Of a stretch of DNA of 64,000 bases, positions 12,001-20,400 are shown piece by piece. The DNA is from Monocercomonoides exilis PA203. Lineage: Eukaryota > Protista > Preaxostyla. A program made the translations under genes and the position numbers. The stretch spans positions 372,001 to 436,000 of the forward strand of contig LSRY02000002.1 of the NCBI GenBank assembly GCA_001643675.2, read 5' to 3'. The notes under the pieces were generated by a model, which worked only from the letters and a program-made list of their open reading frames with translations, was not told where the DNA came from and did no database searches. Position 1 is the stretch's first letter. Each line of letters begins with the position of its first letter.

Positions 12001-13613
12001 AGAAGAACAGATTCTGGTATTAGGAAAGGACCAAGCGCTGAAAGAAGCCGGAGAACAATACCAGACACAATCGGTGCCACGTAGAAGGCAGTCAAAGACC
12101 CTATCAGAGCAGACGACGAGGCTTTGAGAGCGCTTTCTGATGGGTCAAGCGAAGACGAATAAGACGAAACATTTGGAGATGAGGTAGAAGAAGAGGAAGA
12201 GGAAGAGGAAGAAGAAGCAGATGAAAGGCCTTTGTATGCTGCAGACTCCAAAGAATCGTCAGACTCTGAACGAGATGAGATGGTGCTGATGACGAATGAA
12301 GGCGATAGGCGATGAAGCGGAGAGAACCCAAGTGTGAGCGAAGACAGCGCCTGAATCGTCGAAAGCGCAGTGGGGCTGACTTGTTCAACGGAGCCTTCGA
12401 AACCTCTGCCTCCGCCAACAAATGCTTCATCTCCGACACTTCTGTGTGTATAAGGCAGCCCCCAGTTGCGCCATCGCTGAAACACGCTGCTTCGATGTGT
12501 CGATGGAAGCGGAACTGTTTGTGTGTTGAAGACTGACGTGGGAGTCATCGCATTTGAAGGAAATGAGGGGAAATTTGCATTCAAACTGGCAGATGTCGAT
12601 GTTTTAGTGAATGAAGAAGATGAAGAAGATGAGGAATCAGAAATAGATTGAGAAGAACTGCTCCTTTCTGGGGAGCCAATGCGATGTGTGCAAATTCTTT
12701 TAATGATTGATGGCTGAATAAAATTGCTCTGGCTTTGCTGAGACACAAGCACGTCTTGCTGTTCGTTCGTGCTGTTTTTATCTGAATAGCATCCAGATGT
12801 TATTGATAGCAAAGATGGAGGAGTATTTGCAATTCGATGATCAACCGAAGCCTTGACAGCTTGCAATGATAAAGCAGAAAGATTTAAAAACCCAATGTGA
12901 CTTGAGCTATCATGAACAAATGATGTAAAACCAATTGATTTCGATTCCAAAGTTTTGGTTTCTTCTAATAAAGAGTTTTTCCTTCTTGGTGAAACCGAAC
13001 AAAATGGAAAAACAGAATGATATACTGTGCATTCGCGCAAAATTTGTTGGGTGACTTGTTGCATGGTGTCTCTGGATTGAAATTCTTTTGTTTCATTTGC
13101 AAATTTTAATGAATTTTCAGATTGTTCTCCTTTATAAGATTGGCGACCAATTGTTCTTTTATTGCTCCTTGTAGAAAGCACTGTTTGTATCAGTTTTACT
13201 GAAGATCCTAAAGATGATGCAAGTATTGGAACAAGTTTTGTCTGCATTGAATAAATAAAAAGTGCAAAGTGCGGGGATCTTGGAATGGCCAAAAGAAAAT
13301 CATAGTTTGTGAAAAGTTCCACTCTCTTCCACATGTCAATAAGAGTCATTTGTTTCATCCCATTATGCATAGCTGTCAGTATATAATCAAAGAGGTTAAA
13401 TGTATTTTTCGAAATTGTGAAATCTTCTTCAATAATAGATATTGTTTTTTTGACTCTCAGATCTCTTCCAAATCCGAATTGGTTTATGAAAAGCTGAGAA
13501 GTACTCACAAAATCTTCAAAACTTTTGTCCTGCGGGCCATTTGATGCAGTATTGCTCGTAAGTTTATGAGAATGGGTTTTTTTATCCTGTGTTTGTCTTA
13601 AAAAGAGATGCAT
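1..13613 (-). CDS. Giant hypothetical protein (>4,500 aa), 3' end outside window
   Basis: ATG at 13613 begins MHLFLRQTQDKKTHSHKLTSN. Spot translations in the same frame at 13200-13600, 9800-12540, 2040-2080, 780-840 and 1-180 (...HPYSLKINTESDYFQAPL) show no stop. The ORF track lists no terminated ORF in this frame, as expected for one ORF leaving the window. Helical Leu-rich blocks alternate with poly-Ser/poly-Glu tracts. The start codon is tentative. Confidence 0.85.
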   Translation of the reverse strand, partial: MHLFLRQTQDKKTHSHKLTSNTASNGPQDKSFEDFVSTSQLFINQFGFGRDLRVKKTISIIEEDFTISKNTFNLFDYILTAMHNGMKQMTLIDMWKRVELFTNYDFLLAIPRSPHFALFIYSMQTKLVPILASSLGSSVKLIQTVLSTRSNKRTIGRQSYKGEQSENSLKFANETKEFQSRDTMQQVTQQILRECTVYHSVFPFCSVSPRRKNSLLEETKTLESKSIGFTSFVHDSSSHIGFLNLSALSLQAVKASVDHRIANTPPSLLSITSGCYSDKNSTNEQQDVLVSQQSQSNFIQPSIIKRICTHRIGSPERSSSSQSISDSSSSSSSSFTKTSTSASLNANFPSFPSNAMTPTSVFNTQTVPLPSTHRSSVFQRWRNWGLPYTHRSVGDEAFVGGGRGFEGSVEQVSPTALSTIQALSSLTLGFSPLHRLSPSFVISTISSRSESDDSLESAAYKGLSSASSSSSSSSSSTSSPNVSSYSSSLDPSESALKASSSALIGSLTAFYVAPIVSGIVLRLLSALGPFLIPESVLLLHSISLLSYSPDSLSRSIAARIVYAIFSQPELLSFVYCITSPGSIAALDPNSSSQMQSPQGSIPSVFAELLAVSDNIVAAADRGDEAARLSASLNGKTVKDTLFLMMAPVFTSSSYSSSSSSSSSSSSAPTSALPASFAMVGQSEASGLSSLGRSPFTPVDRFTIYLNLIPRSKTSISQRASNSILFKSKASSNEANDTKSAKTSGQSSEAGSSKQSKPTPPEVSPLIELNLDLFSSSQLWFDIPSSSNQPAEKGKEAKREKDKERRMEKFLSDWIGRKEQHGEEADVDLAKLNETTLLFALSAQVVLVCSIASIARRGIAAEKKQDSSLCLSSLLENDERGNLAALPWIQQREQRERAMNNEYRKATPAELYLIWNEDESNTEESPTEANAAPITFTFHRPPPAFFVSEAQLIVGAAYGAIIRTVQWIVANNRLFASSDAFAGSLRSIPSSPASSTISSSSSSSSSSSPSSLSSSAEASLISSSSSSSSLLPSGAVLRSPALPQLNSPFLSSSFTLPKPTGRLSYFNRSKLNFPSSRFFFWRSYHLLQRYPLLSHHRLLQMKCGSDSIHSGSLKDRANMLSQSSQNASSPSSFKVQKVPSDAQMLFVTKDEWSLAAVVLHRFLHTAVILQQTSVANWILLHMLSITSELLYSATGHRHTRRHIHEAKHDLLDSPDVEALLSPQPLPLFTPLAHSHPQDTDRVSFSSPSQSSAAFGSHPFAHVTSSTGVYSSTLGSSSSSLSLPSSSSSSSSSSSLSSSSSASVIATASLSMSDASSMTPSSYSSAAASASTSSAPAQLKLRNIQFAHLEKVSINSSLVTFCTALLSSCLLDAVQLFPLWQAVSPVVTRFLQLLQQANKFGDPEFALAKQLSRCFFAMSVFMSDEQIDVMAQRMSYSALEPFSVVLSTRRRETQACQKTTDDSSSLTLTSSSSSSAATSTSALPYQSDDYDLQSVASNNSYVDPQKSENEDFSSSSLTSSPPPPYTTQYLSLDDSEQTTNDGDSDDDSSSVYIGISSVNSIRPSVERHTQQISLKQATISIFSKANIKNSRRLLLPSLRTPFTSLFGPSPNTEFTFMLLHSRSDSLASLSTARKASIKSENVNEMLSTHDAMKCVHCLGKEELAQNCPFNDIEIHSEQMNSKKSERELRSEGKEDAFEESECWWLKTECLRRRQRIIKRIAKQKRARDICVRNPVIARILRKLYKKNRKTCEIDEKSQIHSENSEKSPKLKSSMGFSQDSSEKSPKLAPQAEVLIDSLSPFDSGIFSEIGHDDLSEEGEDEQFRFWLDVDNHFDEWIGDEGEENEEGERNYDDDKELKGNEIKEGIGSEKEDDVSSVFSDSTEKEHSFEDCIEDYPFEVYSEKPFENVHLYQPVQSPLFPLMKSKKYFNSLNPQSADVNDSSPSSSPSKETSSEAQISSYLFLPSVAPSATNEHRYYSMPLCSLLDVCRYNIFRFPLLSRRLFLVLYELSESSAFFPRAISVEAVGLLLSQLMLLRAENSNHTVNKANENKLNTTHSVQLLLSFIRFLLQTSQQTDVRHCAIKAERDLVDVWSKQLNEDEFRTIIASIADLLRLPFKDIICSRSDTVTQTEAGKYLKLFAVNEFEDDSLGDIWKVGHFAAVKKLLRSYRNESSTFLEVIEIVSSSKYAEENEQSLSISPVPQQSQNSVMSDNSFEKRTSSPSASSFGNYKFFSAVEKQQVPVSLMWDCIDLLSYLARDCLSLLSPRVCFDLLLVLASVTFVNRNLSVSLIAADLVWVVIDHCKKQMLRESETSLEIGKEKGVLNQKVSKEENKLLAESNYQSDESVHFEREFEQRPSNEESSSVKHSAVHSYHLGILILLKMLAHSEIELRTAAMDTLATILSTGHWDSVEDSQFVVSTIQQIISMSKQIWFGSLFRSRFTVSEFIGQSDEEEQTLSDMPMAFHSRTPSQSSNSDSHHAPSSSLGAFSVSRSSSPTPASAKRTQEKTQYVQWETSLAQIVRSLSDVFVVQLKAISLNIAKLHKNYYSCLNESTFEEVQQNTVQSNRFLMFPQEFGALLTNCLIFGSGVVSDAVVHLIHVMLFKLHELILEAKADISNGINQAAESSLNENLKISELSICSESDESAAYSNSLRFLKEMWRCVWASLHIFCEESIRKCPHRCHLFNAVSFESRANSLIQNVNDIPLPLFSAIQLSDSRNNERVSFVTEFKKMISCPLCSLVPHKSATILILIEPFIPRAIPSPVTPHISLSDAQMAFDTYSAALLTDKAKEMKIKSEQKSQTHSRSTSVASSTEEEIKIEGAKDTSSPYNLQFSRINPLLRTSDSSSFLNDLFSASKDHPTDNSENALTQLADPLSKLSFSLAHSTSHRCFSPFLPPLSRSFINPLLFFSSISSSPLRHAIIARTIAASFSAALVGPESAGTMQKSIFSQTGVLFSASNVSKKRVKRSKSAKNSSKAAERKKHVREEWWIASGFYNLKDVSPQLNYPCCEKVINEVNQTSNSDATGSTDLMDCQMGQFQDHSKSVDVVPFSTPFPLLTEYEDIRHLFVLISLCGTATSPFTRSFLSSSSNFCDSITGSVGHRFVPPPLGPYLSLKQLHKYYQDANHIPIEDDCIDEGEDNIAVNNIQPMPLKDEAQLEISHQIDASAQEPQNDTSDGCLIGDDFKPVESWPCFIHPSFLLSIQTAKPSSFGSTPTINSVFTDSFHREKISLPFVYLMALHTLSYAAQSVHLWSSNKDLSSHFNDECNSSFNSSSTGSSSASSQIQNIFTTSSHSTNRKTLLLLSSELCNGCWRITKFAFTQLQQICLLLHSLGIQWDQHTFEGVFTNNKKIIDSSDEETSSHMVSSTLKANGEIVRLSLLFESLEIAQKRQLLAMYLTACKFVASSFEALSYISSSLEPLFSVCILHNVVGYAIFLAVSCPPLRFSSIALLIQLFSRILNGSQHSSNDSLSQSCSINLMMQLWKLFVYSISHLELSLPELQSQCENFGEASSLKDIMTEINKLMKDEITPTLSIPVENDLHSLSRSNDTCISLKVIDYSSLLLQYSSIRFGIEDVCDFQDMAEWDSCCSALLTRALAFIQQNDVKDEEFSSAAKQGSTLKKKLSKKERKKHHKKLHHKKVVEPKEVAQDLANESLTPSPSPRLIDSELYEGNSDSPKHPVPINNETNSKEEERKAVLQPQHAQVNNIDEQMSQYKKIKVEINAEKEDNSFESKGESYHEDERSLPSEQVYVADPFLTPPSSPTNYQDDGFKYEKDWKLETTQNSSIGQIAGEQKDVDEKENLSSDKKVEEAKVENEKVEKDEDKKETRKEKEESDKATESIEESEDDNSEEEEEEEEESSEASTTERSDFRDENSFSSSWCVQTDRSDSDSVKNAFVLPDMHNSQDGAQNLTQSSASLKQSSSAESLIEDNSKKENSALKEQFCDMSNYLLCSYGSSVRAKIIKSKFGQSASKVSKQLMHDVDNSFGVKNVQCSAIIEVTEPLATLSVTPLDVYSEPSRLSQQDLKNDNQDVQSAPSDSFLPQSHMIAAFDSSFSTPLLFSTSRPTMASICRSETEVSLLLLRSFGDAFIPDASSFVLKCYSNDSNRENIEDNNQLKQQEEKENECTASSADSEKLRQQLGSICECKDCSPLSAFNIFSRFSELLKVGRKIPIIPRNSLEKLNDIALLAQSFLNCEDSSSSKEELHEFSFSTPLSHLLCTCFSILNEEYPSSSTYSSSAITPFASIANPSMAKLTLHRFNQKSISNSFQKFGSSRLIPCSLPLSHIALSALDCLFSSLHSADSQRIDIIGLFSGKQNDALESYSSSNISSLQCQTSSSAQSSSSLLFDKIPALLSISSRDLLLLSIWSPLISFFESFPLPPSIHSNIQSPHSLKLYHGFERIMKVFLYEASSVTFSETVNTIFVGSWTNRLFDSPIFKYNVKKEIEHSCIPLVIVSGSGLKHSQLNIISENQQNYSSSPKAHQQIYSSQLLPISLSQKCLSIQMNFLTLHTLLARLSEFLCQHPYSLKINTESDYFQAPL

Positions 13614-14422
13614 TCCTCTTTGATAGAAAGATAGTTAAATTATTAAAACGAAAGCAAAAGCAACAAGTTTTATTAAAATATAAACTAACTCTCTATTGCA
13701 AAAGCTCTTTCAATTTAGCAAACGCCCCATATGAAAATTTATTAAAAAAAAATTTACAAATTTCAATGACGGAATTATTTAATACAACAGATACAATAAA
13801 TGAACAAAAAACAAAATAAAACCAAACAACAATTGCTTTGACAAAAGCACTTCACAAAAACGAAAACTCTCAAGATTTCTCCAAAAATGAATTGAAACAA
13901 TTCCTCTCCATCTTCCAACGTTTTCAACAGGTGAATGCAATGGAAATGAAATGAAAATAAGATGAATACATATCGACAAAACTCAAATCTCGATTGAAAA
14001 TGGGTGCTGAATAAAAATAAAAAATGCTTGAACAGGCAAAACTACAAAATTCGCACAGAGACGTGCATGTGCTGTCTGTGAATGTTTGCATGCATTTCTC
14101 TTAAAAACAAAAAATTATGAACAAAAGAATGAAAAATATCTTTTCACAACAAGAAACTTAAAATACCAAACTGAAAACGTAAAAAAAAAAAAATGAAAAA
14201 TAGAAACAAAAAAAATTTTTGAATACAACAAATAAATGCAATTATAATTGGCGAATGGTTATGTTATTCCAAGAATTACAATCCCTTCTCATCTCAATGA
14301 AACGAAGAAAGTTGTTAATAAAATGGGATTTACATGCAAAGACAGCATTTAGCTGTTTTTATTTTCCAGTTCATCATTCATTTCTGCTTTCCCAAACACA
14401 TTTCGTGCTTGTGGAGTCTGTT

Positions 14423-17400
14423 TCAGCTTTTCTTGTTATCTTCCTCCAGCCCCTCTTTTGATTCGCCAGAACCTCTTCTCCCGCTCTCTCTGCCTCTGTC
14501 TGATTCTTCATCATACCCAACCGCATCCGACATCGTCATCACAAAAGTGCCTGGCGGAAAGCACCCGAGGAACTCCCGCTTCATCCCAACCAATCCTGGC
14601 CGCTCTTCCATCACCGCTGACAAGCTCCTCTTCGCAACCCCAAACAAGCGTGTGCCTTCAATCATCTCCAGTCTCGGTCTCTCTCCATTCACAATCTTCT
14701 GCCCTGCCATCTCTCCCTCATAATCCCCAAACGGGATCTGAAGTGTCAAGCACTCCCACAGCATCATCCCGATCGAGAATGCTACTGACTCCTTTGTTGC
14801 TCCCATCTTCTTGTTTATCAGCAGCTCAGGCGCCTTCCACCTCAGACACTCTTTTTTGAAGCCATCTTCATCCTCAAACGCTGAGGATGGCAGAGAATCA
14901 CTTCCATCATCATCACTTGCAGAAGTCACAACTGTTGTTGATGAGATCGATGAGGAATCTGAGTCTGAAGATGAGAAGTCTGAATGCATCACTATGCAGA
15001 TGACCATGTGTTCTGAGAACAACACAATATGCGGACTCAGATTGGCCAATGACTGAAGTGGATTTTCCATTTCATCAAAGGAGTGGAGCGCAAGATTAGC
15101 CACCCAGAACAGGATTTGGGCAGCAGTTATCACTCTTTCTTCCAGCGTCCCAATCGCCATCTCCTTTGTTTTATTCCTCCCATGAAGCAGCATGAACAGC
15201 GAATCTCTCAGGTCCACAATCAACTTTTCATGAGGAGATGAGCAAGCCATCGCATCCACCAGGTTTGACATCGATGAAGTGGTTGGACAGAGACTCTCCG
15301 ATCGAACAAATGTGGATTCTGTGTCTGAAGTGTCTGTTGTTGAAGTGGATGAAATGGATGGTGAAGGAGTTTGCTTTCTCACCTCTTCCTCCTCTTTTTC
15401 TTCAACTTTTTCCAGCATCCATTCTGGGATTTTGTCTGAATCTCTCCCCAATATATATTCAGTTGAGCCACTCTCAGATAACAAATGCTCTGACGACTCC
15501 GAGTGTCCCAAGCTTTTCTCATACACCCTCTTCTTCATCCTCTCTTCATTCTTCTTCTCTGCTTCTCTTTCTGCTCTCCTCCACTGCTCCTCTGGCGACA
15601 TCTCCATCGTCACCATCTCAAATGCCTTTGGATCCTTCTTTACTGTATCAGCAACAATCACTTCCAGTTCCTCTGTTCTTCTCTTTTGCTTTCTCCATCG
15701 AACAGTTGAAATCACTGCAATTATCAGAATAATCAAAAGAACAACAGCCAATATAACAACAATGATTGGCCAAATCGATTTTCCTTCTTTTCCTCCTTCA
15801 GCAATCCTCGCATCTCCATTTGTTTTTGGTTCACTTCTGTTTTTCAGAATGAAAGAATCAGTTGAAGATGGATTATTGGTATCTCCAAACAGAATGCTCA
15901 CACTCACTTCGGTCTCTTCTCCACAGCTGCTAATCAACTCTTTCTCCACAATCCCTTTCACTTCAGTCTCTGATACATACCCTTCCTCCAGAAATGAATA
16001 CTTCACAATCTCTTTCTCTTCTCCAACCTGTTTCACAATCATGAATGATAGGTTGCATGGCAGAAGAAGATAGCCCTTGAAGCGTAGGAAAACTTCGCTG
16101 CCCAGTTCTTCGGATTGCACAGAAGCGAGAAGAGGAACAAAAAATGGGGATTTGAAAAATAGCGGGAGGCCAGAGAGCGTGCATGAATCAGAAAGAATCC
16201 ATAGAGATGAGACGTTTGTAGCGAGGTCTTCTTGAATAAGGCTGGAGAGATGAAGAGCAGCGTCAGTGGTGCAGCGAATATTCCTGCGATAGGATGGGTA
16301 CTTGTGATTGGAAGGTACGTTTGGTGAGTTATTAGCAAATGAACACATGTGAAGAGAGGAACTACCTCCAATCACTCCAAGAGCCCCAGCAGAAGAGTTC
16401 GTGATGGTAATGTTTGTGAGCACAGATGAGCAATCGCGGAGTGTAAGAGCAGAACCATTCCAACTGCATAATTGATTTGCTGATGAAGTTTTGTCAACGA
16501 GCTGATCAGTTGCTATCGTTCCTAAAAGAACGCATTGCTCGAGTTCAACATGCGGACATTGAGCGATTTCAAGAATGCAACCCGAAGCTGGATCTGGGCT
16601 TGTGTAGCTGAAGGATGTGTTTTTAACGAATGTTTTACCCAGTGCCTGGAGCATGGCAGAGGAAGCGGCAGATTGCCCGAAGGAGGATTTGGTGAGGTTG
16701 GAGAAAATGGATGAGGACAATTCAAGTTCGGAAGGTGTTTCACCTTCGTCATGTGATAAGAAGTGATAGCTGAAGATGGGAGGATGTGTCGTTGTTGCGT
16801 TATGAACGAAGAGATCAGAACAGTTAAGTATGCTGCTTGCACCCTCAGAGCGGATGCATTCGCCACACTTCACATCTGAGATTGAGACTCGAAAGATGGA
16901 AAGGCTGCTCTGTACAAGGGCGATTATTGCGGAGCATGAGTATATGCGTGAGATGGAGATCTGGGAGAGCTCGCATTGGCAGGATTCGATGCTGAATAAT
17001 TCAAACACAACTCCAGAAGAGGGATGTTCTTCAGTAAAATTACAGAGCCTGATCTCTGATTTGGCTGCACAAAAAGCAAACAGCGTCTTAGTCTCCGCAG
17101 GCATCTGGCCTTCCACTTTAAATGTGAGACCAATAATTGTCACGTTGGAAGTGCACATAACCACAGTTCCGTCAATAAGGGATGTCGGGGAGCGAATGGT
17201 GGTGATTGCGTCTCCCGTGATTTTTGCGCTTAACAAAGTGTTTGCTATCGAGAAGGCACTATTGATCCAGGCAGCCGTATCCACATAAAGAGCGCTTATG
17301 AAGTCATGAGAGAGATGGTGGGAGGCATAGTTGAGAGAGAGGCAAGGATGAAGATGGGAGCCGCATGAACGATCATCAGCAGCTGAAGGATTACCTTCCT

Positions 17401-20400
17401 TATAAGAGACAACAATGGTGTCTGCCATGTAAATGGTTATGAAATCCATGAGATCCACATCGCGATTGTCTATAGTGTCGCACCCCCAAATTGAGTTGAA
17501 AGGATTGTACTTGGGATCGCGAAAATCTATGAGGAATTGTTCCTCGTTGATCTGTGCCTGAATGTTCGTGCATTGAACAAACACATCGTTGCCGATGTGA
17601 GCTGTGTTCGATCTGAAGGTCATGTTCTCAAAAAGGATTGGTATTGGAAAGTCGGAATTAACCATGGTTGACACATGTACAGCTCCGCCCCTTCCTTCAG
17701 TTGCTGAGCAGCAGCACTGTGCCATTGTTAAATTGGAGAATGAAAGCGCTCCTCCTATTCCCAAGTGAAATGCAACACATCCTCCCTTTTGTGAGTATGG
17801 AGCGCTGTGGATCAAAAGCGAAGAGGCATTCAGCTGGAGTCTGATAGCAGAGTTGGACTCGCTGGAAACAAAACACGCACATAACCCCAGTGCAGAAGAG
17901 CTGCCAATACAAGACTCACTCACAGCAATTTCTGTTTCACTGTTTGTCATTGTTAATCCCTCTGATTGCGGTTCATCGTCAATTGCAATAATGCACCTCT
18001 CCACTACTGTTACACTGCTAATATTCAATTTCGAAAATGTGCAAGTACATCCAATGTTTAGAGTAAATGCGCTGCTCGCCACTTGGCAAGCATCCACCGT
18101 CAGTGCATCAACAAACAGCCTCCCCTTCAGCATTCGCACATATGAGCAGGAACCGAGCACATTTGGACTTTTGAATTCATTTGCGATTGAATTCTCGATT
18201 TGCTCTGAGACGAACACGCAAGATTTAAATATCAGTGATCCATCTTTGTTGAGAACGACTGCTCCATTCGTGTTGCAGAAGCTTGAATCAGTTCTGATCT
18301 GGATGTTCGAAAATGTCAAAAATTCGCTGTTTGTGAGAGACGAATCTGAAATATTTGATAGATCTTGGGGAAATGTTGAGCGAGAGTTGTGTGTTTGGAA
18401 TAAAAGAATGCCATGTTCTTCTTCATGACTACCTGATGAAAGAGAAGAGATGGTCATGTTGGTGAGGTCGGCACACATTTCAATAGATATGGTTCCATTC
18501 ACCAAAATTGTACGATTAAATGTGTTTTTATCTAAGTTGGATAAAGCCATACTGAGTGTGTGACAAGGCTCGAAAGGGCTTCCGCATCTTATTGCATCAT
18601 ATCCTGCTGAACTCAAATGGACAGTTGTGCTGATGAAACGGATCAAAAAGCGAAAGAGGTCAGTGGCTTCAAACACTTCATCACTTCCCACGAATTCGTT
18701 GGAATCAGTACAAAGCATAGAGTAGTTAAAGAGAAAAGATGTTGAGATGATAGACTTGTTAAGATCTTTTGCAGAGATGAACAGGCTGTTCCCTAATGAT
18801 GCTCTGTTGGCGTTGAAATTGACAGAGGAGAATAGGAAGGGACTGTCCGCAATTGCTTGTGTTGCATCAAGATACATGAAGCCGCCTTTGCTATCAGTTG
18901 AACAGCACTCGCAACTGTGTGCTGTGATGTTTACAACATTTAGTATACCATCTTTATCGAGACGTATGCTCATTGCTCCTCCATTCGTGGAATAGAGAGA
19001 TTCCACATTTGTCAGAACGCATGAATTGACTGTCACAGTTACTGTTGTTGTCTCTATTTCAGTTATTTTGGTTGTTGATATCACTTCAAAGGGAGTTGTG
19101 GAGCAGATAGTTGAATTGACAGTGCAATTGCATAACAAAATCTGCCCCTTTTCAACACCAATCATTCCATATCTGATTGTTTCTTTTTCTTGTATCGCAG
19201 TGAAATCGCAGTGCTCGATGGTCATTACACCTCCTTGTATTGATGATGCGATGAATGTTGATGGGCCATTTAGAGAAGGAGGTAGCTGGAAGAGGATATT
19301 GGAGAAGCTTGTGGAGATTGTGATTCTGATGAAAGATGAGAATGGCATGGAAGTTGGAGGAACAACGGGTATTGAAGTGCGCTTTTCAACACATGTCAAG
19401 ATCCACAAGTGGTCATTCATCTCTAACGCATCGTTCCACATAAAACCGGGATTCAATGTAATTGTGCGCTCAGTATCTTGAAATCTGAGTCGAACCGCAA
19501 AAGGAATTGTTGCACATGGATAACCACTGAATCCGCACTGTTCAAAGTCGAAGCAGTTTTGACCTCCCACAAAAGCAGGAGTAGGAAATTCGGTAGTCAA
19601 GTAGAAAAGAAGTGGAATCGCATAGTTCAAATTGTTGGAAGAGCACCCCATAGCCTCATTCTCGAATTCACGATCGAGTGAGATGTGGAAGGCGATGTTT
19701 GGGGAGTGGACAACGCTGCTAAGAGTCTCTGATATGATGAACACGTTGCTGCCCTGCCACGCACTACACTGTTGAAAGGTGACTGATGTTAGCTCAAAGT
19801 TTGTGCTATCCTTACCCACGCTCAGGTAGATACCCCCTCCTCTTTTTTTGTTGTTCGCATCCGCGCCAGCAATGCATTGAACGAATTGCGTTTGAGCCGA
19901 GATTCCGATGCTGACTCTGCTCTCGTTTGTCACTTCAGCATAAACTCCACCGCCATTCCCATCAACGCATAAACAATTTGTGAATGAAATGTTATCAAGC
20001 TGAACATCCTCAGTGGAGTGAACTGTCTGCTCTACAACGCATCCACTACCGCTCGTACGTGTAATTGACTTAAAGGAGCAGTTTAAAAGAGCAATGCTTG
20101 GAGAGAGTAAAGGAAGCAGAGAAGTGTCGTATACAGCCATTTCTGCCACAGTAACCTCAGTGAGCTGTACATATCCGCAAGGAGAGCATGAAATAAGTGC
20201 GGCGGAAAAAGGAGAAAGCGAAGGAGCGGTGGAGGAAGAGTTAATTCCAATAGTATCGCAGAATATGCAACCATCATCCGCAGCATGAAGAAGAACAACA
20301 TCAATCTTGTCAGCCCATCTCTGAATGGTCATTACAGAGAAGTTTAGTGTTCCCTGACACACCGAAACATCAGCATCATATCCAGAAATTGATTGCGTGG

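Noticed and set aside
119-13544. Many 60-230 aa ORFs on both strands
   Set aside because: They are antisense or alternative-frame shadows of the single giant minus-strand ORF, with low-complexity mirror composition.
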